From assembly GCF_006345805.1 (NCBI RefSeq), contig NC_043006.1, positions 81,654,001 to 81,718,000 of the forward strand: a DNA stretch of 64,000 nt, read 5' to 3'. Of this stretch, positions 38,646 to 50,521 are shown in pieces. The notes beneath the pieces are model-generated. The model made no database searches. It was not told the origin of the DNA and saw only the letters and a list, made by a program, of their open reading frames with translations. The translations under genes were made by a program, and so were the position numbers. Every line of letters begins with the position of its first letter. Within the stretch, counting starts at the first letter, position 1. This DNA comes from Octopus sinensis (Eukaryota).

Positions 38646-38810
38646 TATATTATTAGTGAATGGAAGAAATGGAGTTGAACGAAGATTGTACAGAATTCCT
38701 TTTATTACATTCTACACATATTTGTGGCCTTTGAAACATGTGTAGAATGTAATAAAAGAATTCTGTACAATCTTCGTTCAACTCCATTTCTTCCATTCAC
38801 TAATAATATA
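38646..38810 (+). mobile_element. Near-perfect hairpin (about 73-bp arms) PLE-like remnant
   Basis: 38646-38719 vs 38738-38810; retains the GAAAC-ATGT-GTA half-hammerhead at the turn; runs into (TA)n. Confidence 0.6.
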
Positions 38811-39587
38811 TATATATATATATTATATATATATATATATAATGTGTGTGTGTGCGTGTATATATATATATATGTGTATATATATATATATATATATGGT
38901 GTGTGTGGTGTGTGTATGTGTGTGTGTGTGTGTGTGCATATATAATATATACATATACATATATAATGTGTATATGAATATGTACGAATGTGTATGTGTT
39001 TACATATATATATTTATATGTATGTATATATGCATATATATATATGTATATATACGTGTGTGTATGCATACACACACGTGAATACGCATATATTTGTGTA
39101 CACCGATATTTATCTATATGACTCTATGTGTGTCTGTTTGTGACTCTGTGTGCGTGTGTGTGTGTGTGTGTGTGAGTGTGTGTGTGTGTGTGAGTGTGTG
39201 TGTGTGCGCGTACTTCAGTGTGCTTCTGTGCTTGTTCTTCACATTGATGCCAAGGCCTCACTCTGAACAGAACATCAGCCCCGCGTCGGAAGCTAACTAT
39301 AGTTACATCTTTTATTCATAGATATCGCCGCCGAGTAAAAGTCAATAGCGTGCCTTATCTTCGTGCGTAGTCCTGGCTAAATGAACTGGGTTATTGAGAT
39401 ATATTGTGTCGTGCTATCTACGGCAGTACGAGTGGCGAGATATACAACAATCAAATCTTTGATCAACACTCTAGAGATGTGGCCTCTACTTTAATAATGC
39501 TTAATAATCGTAGTGAACTTGAGTTCCATGGACAGAAGTATATATAATATATATATATATATATATTATATAGATATATATATATAT

Positions 39588-39794
39588 TGGTAAAAACGGT
39601 AAGATAACAAAAGAAAGAAAGAGACCTCAATATTATGTAAATAGAGGAAATTTATCTATAAAATAATATGTTACATTACTCAATAGTCAAGATAAAACTC
39701 TGAGTTTGAGATGCCAGATAACCGAAGAGATGGTGTTGTGGATTTCCACTTCGAAATCTGAAACTCAGAGTTCTTTACTATTGAGTAATGTAAC

Positions 39795-39800
<6 letters not shown>
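39588..39800 (+). mobile_element. PLE-like insert with inverted arms (39664-39707 / 39761-39800) and degenerate U4C hammerhead
   Basis: AGATAA-CCGAAGA...GAAAC-TCAGA-GTT; the inverted arm preserves the stem I complement TTATCT. Confidence 0.55.
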
Positions 39801-39823
<23 letters not shown>

Positions 39824-39831
<8 letters not shown>

Positions 39832-40254
39832 GTTGTATACTGTCAATCTAACGCAAACGTGACAGTAAGGGGTACACCACCGCTGTTTAGCCCTAGGAAG
39901 CATCGACGCCTCCTGATGGCTTTGACACGTTTTTCCTGTGTCTTGATTTTGATAATCAGTGAATAGACTTCACTGAAATTTAGATATATACACTGCGAGT
40001 CGAGACAGATATCGTCAGCTGACCGGTGTCTGCTACTCTAGGCCGACGAAGGACAATCATCCTGAAACACGGGTCCCTGGATGCAGCCCCGAGCGGCTGG
40101 GGGGTGTTTGTCTCCCCTTCGTAAATGTATATAAGGACACAGGAAAAATGTGTCAAAGCCATCAGGAGGCGTCGATGCTTCCTAGGGCTAAACAGCGGTG
40201 GTGTACCCCCTACTGTCACGTTCGTGTTAGATTGACAGTATACAACCATTCTAT
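39824..40254 (+). mobile_element. Foldback insert with about 120-bp inverted arms enclosing a hammerhead
   Basis: 39824-39944 vs 40133-40254, nearly perfect; starts in (TA)n. Confidence 0.75.
40037..40081 (+). ncRNA. Compact type I hammerhead ribozyme motif (U4C core)
   Basis: UCUAGG-CCGACGA-AGGA caauca UCCU-GAAAC-ACGG-GUC-CCUGGA; 6-bp stem I, 4-bp stem II, GUC triplet. Confidence 0.75.
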
Positions 40255-40464
40255 CGCCCCACCACCGTACATGTCTCTACGAGAGATTTAGAAATTTAGT
40301 ATTTCTGACTATATATATATATATATCAATAAATTTGGAGAGGGAAATGGTAAACGTTTTTATTTCTTTCCATTTCAGAATTACAACTATTAGTGGTTTG
40401 GAGTTTGGCTGCTCTTTCTAGTGAGTTGAATGTCCTATTATGGCCATTCCTTATATATTTGAAC

Positions 40465-40519
<55 letters not shown>

Positions 40520-40644
40520 GGTCCAGACATATACTCAGTCACGCAGAATATAATATATATATATATACAATGCATGCACACTTATATATGGATATATATG
40601 TATATATGCATATATATTATTTATATCATATATATATTTATATA

Positions 40645-40694
<50 letters not shown>

Positions 40695-40771
40695 ATATAT
40701 TCTATATATATATAATATATATATGTATATTTCTTTGTACGTGATTCCCTCGTGATATTTTGGCTTATAAA

Positions 40772-41645
40772 TTTACTGACCGTTAAAAAAAGATCAACAA
40801 AAGTACTCCATCCGGTGAGAGATAAATATCATTTAATGTACACACTATAAAGATATGAGCTACTAATAGTTTCTTGCTGTGAAGACACGTGGCTTATATA
40901 TTATAACCAAATTGATTTAATTAAATTAAATTGGATTGATTTTATACTATAAACGACGAACTGAAACAATTGTAGGTCTTGTGAATGTATTAATCTTCTC
41001 TCTTGGTTTTTATAATAATAGTATATTAGTGTGTGCCTATATTATAAGTTATTCAACCAGTCTAATCTTAGACATTTCTATCCCTCTGAGGTTTATATAT
41101 CCTCACTTGTACTTTAATATATATATATATATATATATATAAATTTATTTATATTCATATTTATATATACACATACACAAGGAACGTGGGTAGTTCATTA
41201 ACTGTCCCGAAAAATAAAACAGTGCCTTATCCAAACAATACCTTCTCCAAATTGAGAAGCTGTCTTGCAGACTTTGAATCTTTCTCCATTGAATTATTCT
41301 ACAGATTGTTTAATTAAGGTTTTATGTTCAAAGTAACCCTTTCTCTCTTTTCTTTTCTTTTCCTGTTTTCATTCAGCCTTCCAATTTTTGCATCAACCTC
41401 CTTCTCTTTCCTTTCTGGTGACTTTGCATGGACCAACGTTCTGATTTTCAAATAGAACAGAGCATGTCCTCAGGGCCTGAAGATTGCTTGCAAACACAAG
41501 GCATGTTATAAAATCTGCCTAGCCACGTGTCTTCACAGCAAGAAACTATTAGTAGCTCATATTTTTATAGTGTGTACATTAAATGATATTTATCTCTCAC
41601 CGGATGGAGTACTTTTTGTTGATCTTTTTTTAACGGACAGTAAAC
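40772..41645 (+). mobile_element. Penelope-like insertion with inverted 5' pseudo-LTR (40772-40894 vs 41521-41644)
   Basis: About 123-bp near-perfect inverted arms; the 3' arm overlaps a canonical hammerhead; ends in (TA)n. Confidence 0.75.
41473..41558 (+). ncRNA. Type I hammerhead ribozyme motif, canonical core
   Basis: GGGC-CUGAAGA-UUGCU[loop]AGCAA-GAAAC-UAUUA-GUA-GCUC; predicted cleavage after 41554. Confidence 0.8.
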
Positions 41646-41678
41646 TATATATATAGATATAGACATATACATACAATA

Positions 41679-42020
41679 CACATGGTTCTGGGGTCAGTCC
41701 CACTGTGTGGCACCTTGGGCAAGTGTCTTCAACTGTAACCTTGGGCCGACCAAAGCCTTGTGGATTTGGTAGACGGAAACTCAAAGGAGCCCGTTGTACA
41801 GATGTGTGTGTGTGTGTATGTGTGTGTATGTGTTTGTTTTCCCACCATAGCTTGACAGCCGATGTTGGTGTTTACGCCCCCGTAACTTAGTGGTTCGGCA
41901 AAAGAGAACAATATAATAAGTACTTGGCGAACAAAGAATAAGTCCTGAGGCAGAATTGTTCGACTCAAGGCAGTGCTTCAGCATGGCCGCAGTCAAATGA
42001 CTGAAAGAAGTAAAAGAATA
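41679..42020 (+). mobile_element. Family B SINE (5'-truncated)
   Basis: GGCACCTTGGGCAAGTGTCTTC..internal (TG)n..GCATGGCCGCAGTCAAATGACTGAAA. Confidence 0.85.
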
Positions 42021-42623
42021 CACACAAAACACACACACACACACATACTCACACACACACACACGCACACACACACACACACACACACGCACACACACAC
42101 ACACACACAACACACATATTAGATGACACCAACCATTCATTCTTAATTTTTTTTTTCTCCGAGAAGTGGGTAGGCATGGTTCGAACGGCTTTGACCATAG
42201 ATCTGCTTGATTTGAGCTAAGCTCAGACTGAACAGCTCTGTCCACACATATCCTGACGAGTCTCCTTTTTTCATGTATGTATGTGTCTATGCGTGTATGC
42301 GCATGTGCCTGTGGGAATTTTTAATTTTGCGATTGGGTTGGGTTGTGTGTGTGCATATATGTGTGTTTGTATCTGTACAATCATCGATCTTTCTCTCTAA
42401 CATTCCATCTTTTGTCTGTCACACTCTGCTATAATATCGTCTTCCTCCGACTCTCTCTCTTTCTCACTCTTTCTCTTTGTCTCTCTTTCTCTCTTTCTTC
42501 CTTTCTAAAGCACACACATGTAAACATGCCTATCTGTCTATCCATTTGCCTTTTTGCTTTTCTATCTACCTATTTAGCTATCTGTCTGTCTATGTATCTG
42601 TCTTCTTTAACCATCTGTCAGTC

Positions 42624-42667
<44 letters not shown>

Positions 42668-43171
42668 CTATTTCTCTATCAATCTATATAAATGTTTAAT
42701 CTATACGTCTATTTCTCTCCCACTCTCTCTCTGTCTGTCTATCTATCTAGCTATCTGTGTGACTGTCTGTATCTCTTGCTTGCGCTTTTTCCACTTGTAT
42801 AACTCGCATTTTCATATAAGCATGACGTTACCAAGTAAAACCGGTATAATTAATTCCTGGTGTTTATTATGTAAACAGAAATTTAATACCACTAGAATTA
42901 CTTTCTATACAAACTCGAGTGAAACGAATTTTAAAAACAAATTGAAATTTCATAACTTCCATATACAAATATATATATATATATGTGTGTGTGTGTGTAT
43001 ACATGTGTGTATATATATGTATATGTATATATTTATAATATATATATAAATATATATAAAGGTGATATAAATAAATAATTCATAATTTTCTCGTTTGTTT
43101 TATTCGTCTTTTTTCCTGCAAAAAATATGAGGTAAAGTGATTTAGTTTTACTTGAGAAAATCTTCATTTTG

Positions 43172-43215
<44 letters not shown>

Positions 43216-43379
43216 ATAATATATATGTTTTGTATTATGTAATAATATCAGGAGAAAAAATAAAATGAAACAAATCTAAGTTAAATTATTTTATTTCCTA
43301 AAAAAGATTTTTTTCCATTATTTTAATTACTGTTTTTTTTTTCTAGAAACAGGACATTCATAAGTGCGCTTCATCCTCC

Positions 43380-43670
43380 TTATCAACATCATCATTGCCA
43401 CTCCCACCACACCACTACCTTCATCACCATCATCATCATCATCATCAGGTTCATCATCAACAGCAACTCTACGACGACCACCACAATTATAAATGCTACC
43501 ACCACCACCACTTTCATACCATCGTCGTTATAGTCAACCATAGCAGTAGCAGCAACGCTATTCTCGGCATCGTTGTGGTCGTCGCTATCATCATCATCAT
43601 CATCACCATCATCTCAATCACCATCACCTTTGTTCTCAGCCTCATCATCATCATCACCATTTTTCTCGTC
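43380..43670. repeat. Degenerate (CAT)/(CAC) trinucleotide tract
   Basis: Direct; source of the His/Ile-rich ORF 43395..43724. Confidence 0.85.
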
Positions 43671-45489
43671 GTTTTCTCCCCAACAATGAAGAACGAGATC
43701 CTACACCGTCACCTGATCTGCTAGAGTCAGCAGCTGCATATCTTTTAAATCATTCCTTGCCGTCAAATATAAAGAACGATTCAAATTAGACAGTATACTC
43801 CCTGATATATAAAATGACGCAATGGTCACGGTTGGAACTCTTTTTGATCATAGAGCCACTCATTTCAGTGCTCTAACGCTGTAACAATGATTTTTAATTT
43901 ACACAGAAGACTACACATTTCAGAGAGAGCGTTCAGACAATAAAACCTACCCCACGGCTATTAAACTTTCTTGTAGTATCCATGGTTGGGTGATGAAGGG
44001 GTTGGTGTGTCTGTGGCGTGAACACACCGTTTTGACCCTTGACCTTTGTAGCTTAATGAACTGGTTCATCGCAGTATATGTGTCGTGAGGCGATCTTTGA
44101 TTTTAAGCTCTTATTATCAGCGGGATTGATAATGAAACCGAAACAATCTGGGATATATAAAAGTAAACTTGGATATTCCGAATAAGTGAAACGAACATGT
44201 AAATGCTTATAAGGCCGTTGATTAGATATCCTTCAACAGAAATATAATGATTTAGCATTCTCTTCGGTTAAAAATCTTTTCAACAAATTTATTTCTATAA
44301 CTTCTTAAGAATGCTTCTAATATCTATGGAAAAATTTGTTAGAGTGAATGGTTCTACTCTATGTATGCACTTGTAGATTGGAAAGCAAAAGAGAGAGGGG
44401 GAGAGAGAGAGAGAGAGCTCGTACCTTTAGTGGTCAGAGTAATCTTGAATCTGTGGAGTTCCGTGATTGGCTCTCATTGGAGTTTCTCCTGTCTCAGGAA
44501 GACTGTATCATTTATGTTATCGCTACATTACATTATTCAATATGTCCTTCGTTTTTGTTTTAAAGAAAGTAGGGTGGGATTTTATGAATGTTGGGCTATA
44601 AAATTCTGCCAGGTCAAGCGCCGCCATAAAGACGCCATCGCACCTACAGCTAGATGTTATGTAAACTGTGACATGTCATTATAAAGAACTTTGCCGAGCA
44701 AAAACAAAAACAAAAATATTTCAGCAACATGTTTAAATTTAAAAACTTAAGTTTTGCTTCTACTCATCAAGATAGGTTGTGCAAGTATTATTCAGGGATA
44801 TTGTACAGGAAATTTGGGTAGCTGGGGTTATGAGGGTTAAAAATAAATTGATAGTTCTTTTAAGAAATATTTTCAACACAAGATGTTTGATTATTTTGTC
44901 AGCTAGATCTTTGATGTTGCATGGTAGTTTTGTTTAAATGTCAGTGGAAAAATGTGTGTGTATATCTTGGTTAATAATGCATATTTTGAAAATGTCATTA
45001 TGTTTAATTATTATCGTCCTTGAATTTTGTTTTGAAAGTGACCGATAAAATAATTTAGACAGTTCATTGGCATATCCGTTAAAGCAGCTTTTTTTTCAAC
45101 AATTTATGTCGCATGATCCGAACATTTTAGTCCGTGCAACCTCTATATGATGGCTGCAGCTCAGTTTGAGGCAAACATCATCGCTTGATTATTCTCTTAA
45201 ACATGAGCAGCACGGGTGTGGCTTTTCAGTCTTGCTAGAGATCTACACTCTTTTGCACAAATGCGACAAAGATAAGTGCTTCTTGCAGCAGGTGTCAGAG
45301 AGATTACCAAACTGGCACTTGCTCTAATCCATCATGGAATTTTTCACTGTATGTTTTACTTTTTTTAACCATAGTAGGCAACACATAACAGAGATGTTAA
45401 TAGCGATGTTAAAAACCAAGCGATGCTTATGCATGAAGCGTATTAATGTGAGGAAAGGTCTTGTACTGAGCCAATCACCCTCTCTAACA

Positions 45490-45806
45490 GAGTAGTTCTC
45501 GACCAGGGTTCATACGACCCTTAGGGATCCATATAAGATTTTGGGGGATCCACAGAGCCAAAAATAGTAAATTGAGGGCCCACAGTAGTAAATTAAAAGT
45601 CCATTAAAAAATGTTTGTTTTAGATGTATTCATAGCAAGAAACAGAAAATGTTCAACCTACACAAGTAAATGTGTGAAAAACAAAATAGCAATTTTGAAA
45701 GAATTATCTATAAAACTAGTTTTTAAACGTCGAATGGTTATGGGATCCACCAGAATAAAGTAATAATGAAAGGGATCCATAGGTAAAGAATTGTTGAGAA
45801 TTGCTG
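45490..45806 (+). mobile_element. Decayed hAT (Charlie-like) MITE
   Basis: Ends AGTAGTTCTCGACC / GTTGAGAATTGCTG resemble CAGTGGTTCTCAAC TIRs; repeated GGGATCCA subterminal motifs; flanks CTCTAACA/CTCTGAAC only roughly match. Confidence 0.55.
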
Positions 45807-46356
45807 CTCTGAACAACGCATGCATTTGCTCAAAAGAAACCTAATCTACATCATTGGAAGCAGACAAAGCCGCAGGTGTTACATCAGTTTCCCTTCTAGT
45901 TGGATGGTGTCTAAACAAATACTATTGGTCTCTCACTCTTAGCTGTGGGGTAGCCGTTTTATAGGTTTTGTCTTTCGTCCTGCAGGGTGTCTAACGAAAA
46001 CGATCCTCATTATTAAACCGACATAGAGTTGTCAAAAAAATCGCCGACTGCAGGATCATATGTCTAACTGTACTAAATTGCGTGTTGGTAACACGCACTA
46101 GGAGTGACACAGGCATACATACATACATACATACATACATACATACATACATACATACATACATACATGCATACATGCATTAGCTGTAGGCTAATGAAGT
46201 TCCTGAAATAATTTCTTATTTCCTTATTTTGTTCTTACATATGTATACACATACACCACATATATAATATAATTATATATATATATATTATATATATATC
46301 AACACACACCATATATATATATACTACATATTATATATATATATACACCACAACAC

Positions 46357-46404
<48 letters not shown>

Positions 46405-46414
46405 CATATATATG

Positions 46415-46760
46415 GTTATAAGACGTACCAACAGTCAACAACATGCAATACGAAAACAAATGAGTTGAATATGCAAATAACGAGAGAGAGAAATGCAAAA
46501 CAAGACAACGAATACAAAGAACGACCCTTCATCAGTTGTCGGCTGTCTATCTACTCCCCGTTTCGGGCGATCAACGACAATATGAGTCTTAGAAGACAGT
46601 TGCTTCTATAAATACCAAAATAAAATTTTGGATTCACAGAGGGTCAACGATAGGAACAAAAACAGGACAGTGGAGATATACAGGAAAACCGAACGAAAAA
46701 AATATAGAGGGTCGTTAGACCAGAACGAGGGGGAAATAGTGAACGCTGAGAGAATATTTT
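46415..46760 (-). mobile_element. PLE-like repeat, homolog of 30190-30410
   Basis: Shared GACCCTTCATCAGTTGTCGGCT..TCAACGACA..AAGACAGTTGCT; lies between TA tracts. Confidence 0.6.
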
Positions 46761-46762
46761 CA

Positions 46763-46807
<45 letters not shown>

Positions 46808-46986
46808 AGATCCAAGGATCGAGGTGTAGGAAGAAAGTTAGTTTCGAGCAATCCGTAGTGAATATAAAAGAATAACTTTCAGGAACATTAGTGGTTTGAG
46901 ACGAAAGGTTACGGATTTTTTTTACTTTTGTCGAAGTATATCTAACATACATACATATATATTTATACATACATATATATATATAT

Positions 46987-47160
46987 TAGTGAGAATTTAC
47001 CAGAAAACAAAATACAGAGACGGGTGTGCAAACAACAAATAGATGTATTAGTTAAACGCTCGGGAAGTGAGAAAGTATCTTACGTTTCGAGCCTACGCTC
47101 TTCGACAGAAAGGAACACAAATAAACAGGGAGAGAAAATAGAAAAAAGGTTTAGTGGCTA
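46987..47160 (-). mobile_element. PLE-like repeat with variant hammerhead-like motif (47078-47113)
   Basis: Minus strand CCTTT-CTGTCGA-A-GAGC GTAG GCTC-GAAAC-GTA-AGA. Confidence 0.65.
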
Positions 47161-47669
47161 AAAGTTACTTTAATTAAAATTTTATTGCAAAATTTTAAAC
47201 ACTCCTTACCAATCTGAAGTGACCACAAACCCAACCAAAATATTGCCTCACTTCACTTTGAGCAATACTGCAACAGAGCGACGGATGAATACCTTTCGGT
47301 ATTTCTTCTTGTTCTCAGCGCTCTCACTTCAAATTCAGCCGAAGTCACCTTTGACTTTCATCATTCCGGTGTTGATAAATGAAATAAGCCAAATACTAGA
47401 GTCGATTCTTCTCTCTCTCTCTCTCTCCCCATTCTCTCGCTTTCTCCCCCCACACCCTCTCTCAGTCAGCTCCGTTGTATTGTGATAGGAATAGTTGTGG
47501 GAGATGACTAGCAACAACCCTTTCTCCACAAATGGAGAAGGGCTGAACGAGGGGCTAGCAACATTTCATAGAAAAGCTGATATACTACTACAACCGCAAC
47601 GTTATTATCAACGCAAATATGCTCGTGGCACGTCTGAATCCGTAATTTGTCGACAGTGAGAAATTTTCT

Positions 47670-48101
47670 GGATCTTTTCGGTTTGAACGGCAGTTTTTTC
47701 TAACGATGTCATATGAAATTGTCACCCATAATTATGACCCTAGTATTGATCTATTGCATTTCAATCTGTTTTAGGGTTAGGATTAGTTAGGGTTAGGGTT
47801 AGGGGTGGGGGGAAGGGTATCTTTTTTTCTTCACAAATGTAAATAAACCTAATCTGTTTCTTAAACGAGGGACATATTCATACGGCACAGAATGTTTTTT
47901 TACTTCAATAGACGTCATTGATTGGTTGAAATTGCAAAAATTGAAGAAAAATCAACAAATATCTTACAAAGTATAGAATTTTCTCAATAAAGCCAAGAGA
48001 AAAAGATGTTTTATAAACACATTCTACCAGTATTTGAAGTTTAAAACTTTTTAGTTACCTAGAAATTATGTTAAAAACTGCCGTTCAAACCGAAGAGATC
48101 C
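47670..48101 (+). mobile_element. TTAGGG MITE, copy 3 (432 bp, longest telomere-like tract)
   Basis: Same TIRs; 8-bp TSD AATTTTCT at 47662-47669 and 48102-48109. Confidence 0.95.
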
Positions 48102-50521
48102 AATTTTCTCCATGACAAAGCACTGTGAATGGCTTGTTTACGGGTTCGAACGTACCACAAGATTATTTGAACTGGTAATAACATTGCAATTATACACGTT
48201 ACTGCTTAGCACTCCCAGCCGTTCAAGCGAATTCCAGTATCTACTACGGCACAGACCGTCAATAAAGAAGACAAACAATTTATGATTACGCTTTCTCCAC
48301 AGATTTGCTTTGTTCGTGTTAGCAGTGATGGAAGTTAAGCAGGCAGTTAAAAAAAAAACATTTTAAATTCCAATCAGTTTTATTGCCATGGAAAACGAGT
48401 ACAATTATCATAGGAGATATGAATAAAATCAAAGACAATCCGGGCTATTTACTGGTTACTAATCTTACTAAGATAACAAACGTTAAAATAATAAAAAATT
48501 TAACTCTTCTAGTATGACGGGTTCAAGTTTCAGTAAATGCTATTTTTTAGATTAATAGATTTATAGGATTTTTTTTTGTTATTTTTGTTTTAGATATAAG
48601 AGATTATATCAAAGAGGATAGAGAAATAAAACCATAAAATGTTATAAACCTAATGTTAAGAGAGGATTGCTTTTGACAGCGTAACAATCTCTTTTGAGAC
48701 GTTTGAACTTTCCTTTCTGTCAATGTATGAAAAAACATGGGTTATTAAGTTTATCAGTTTTGGACTTTGTTATAGTACAGTTCTATATCATTTTATGTGT
48801 GTGTTCATGTTTTGGCATGCTTCTCTCTCTACATATTTTAATCAATATTGCACTCTCTGTAATAGTTATAATGCAGATTGCATTTATCCAGAGCAGTAAT
48901 TGCTTTGCATGATTTCTAGGTTGCTTTGGTTAGCTCACGAACTCAACAACATGAGAAAGATATCTAAGCTGTTTTTGTTTGATTTTTAAGTTGCACCTAT
49001 TAATTATATTATTTTATCGGCTAGAATTAGAATGACATTATCTTAAGTATCAAGCTAGCGTGCTGTAATGTCGCCAGGCCCCTTCCTAGTCTCGTAATAA
49101 GCTTCCACTTTAAGTATTCGACTTTGAACTTTTGAACTTTTATTATCGAAATTCTACATTTATATCTGACATTATTTAATATAATATGGTATTGTTTATA
49201 TTGTGTTGTTCTGTTATATTTTTATAACATAGAATCTATTTCAAATTTTATACTCGCCCCTGAGATCGGTACCGAAATTCATTCAATTATCTTTGAAATC
49301 ATCCAAAGAATGTAACAATTTGATAGATTTGGATTTCAGTTTCTCTATTTTTAAACCTCAGCTATAAAATTTCACAATTTTTATTGAATATGCAGAGAAA
49401 AAATATAATATTCAGTTAGAAATGATTTGTTATGAAGTGCTTGTATATTATGTAAATGGAAACAGTCATAGTCATATGGTTATGAAGTTTGCTTTGCGTC
49501 CACATGGTCGTGGATTCGATCTCATTACTCTGCATCTTGGGCAAGCCTGTTCTTCAATAGTAAATATGTACTTGTGGGTTGTTTTTTTTATAACGGTTTA
49601 AACAAGACTGGTGTTGTTATTCTTTATGACCCGTTAACTATCAGGTTTGCAAAGAACGGTAAAATAAAGCAGCACTGTAAAATAATTAGCACGCTAAAAT
49701 AAGTCGTTGTATTTGCTTTCATCGTAATCGTCGACATCGCTGTCATCGTCAACATCATCATCCTCGTCGTCATCATCAACGCTGTCGTCTGTATCAACAT
49801 CGTCGTCATCAACGTTGTCGTCTGCCTCAACATCGTCGTCATCGTTGTTGTTTAGTCTCTCGTCTACCCTGATCTATCTGCCTTATAATCAACGTCGTTC
49901 CAGTCGTGACTACACCATCTAATGTTTCAGATATTATCTTTTAGTGCTTACATTAACCAATGTGTCCTCTACTGTTTAACACTCTTTGTGTGGTTTGAAG
50001 CAAAAATTTAACTGTTATTTCTAGACGACCGAGCGACCTCTTAGAGCAGTGATGTGGGATCCTTTCCAGGACCTTGAAAGTCTGAAATAACCTTATTGTG
50101 AGCCCTGCATCTGTTCTAAGGAAGATATCGCATTTCTAATTTTACAAAGCCATATCAATTTACTATTTCAGTCTTAATGGTTAAAGCATATTTCCAAAAG
50201 GATTTTTAGGGTTTACGTCATTGTTTGGCAGTTCCATATCTGAAAGCTGGCGGAATTGCGACTATTGCGAAGTCTTCTAAGTTGACATAGAAGCCTCTCG
50301 ATTTATTCTAAGATCACGTGGTCAGGATCACTCTAGCTATAATATGAATACTCACAATATGAAGCCAACACATATTTCTAGAGTCGTTCCTCTTCCTGTT
50401 ATATGATGTTAATATGAGGCAACAGATTTGCGGAATCGATTATCACACCCTCGGATAGATTTTGTGGTAATTGTTTGTTTGTTTGTTTGTTTGTTTATAT
50501 GTATGTATGTATGTATGTATG

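Noticed and set aside
43395-43724. His-rich ORF with hydrophobic stretch resembling a metal-binding membrane peptide
   Set aside because: Frame-dependent reading of a degenerate (CAT)n tract; non-ATG start and no splice support.
45985-46087. Strong acceptor (tctttcgtcctgcag) with a possible gtaaca donor
   Set aside because: Stop codons in all three frames; cannot be supported as coding.
47771-47818. Chromosome end or fusion scar from TTAGGG repeats
   Set aside because: The tract is internal to a TIR/TSD-bounded MITE present in several copies.
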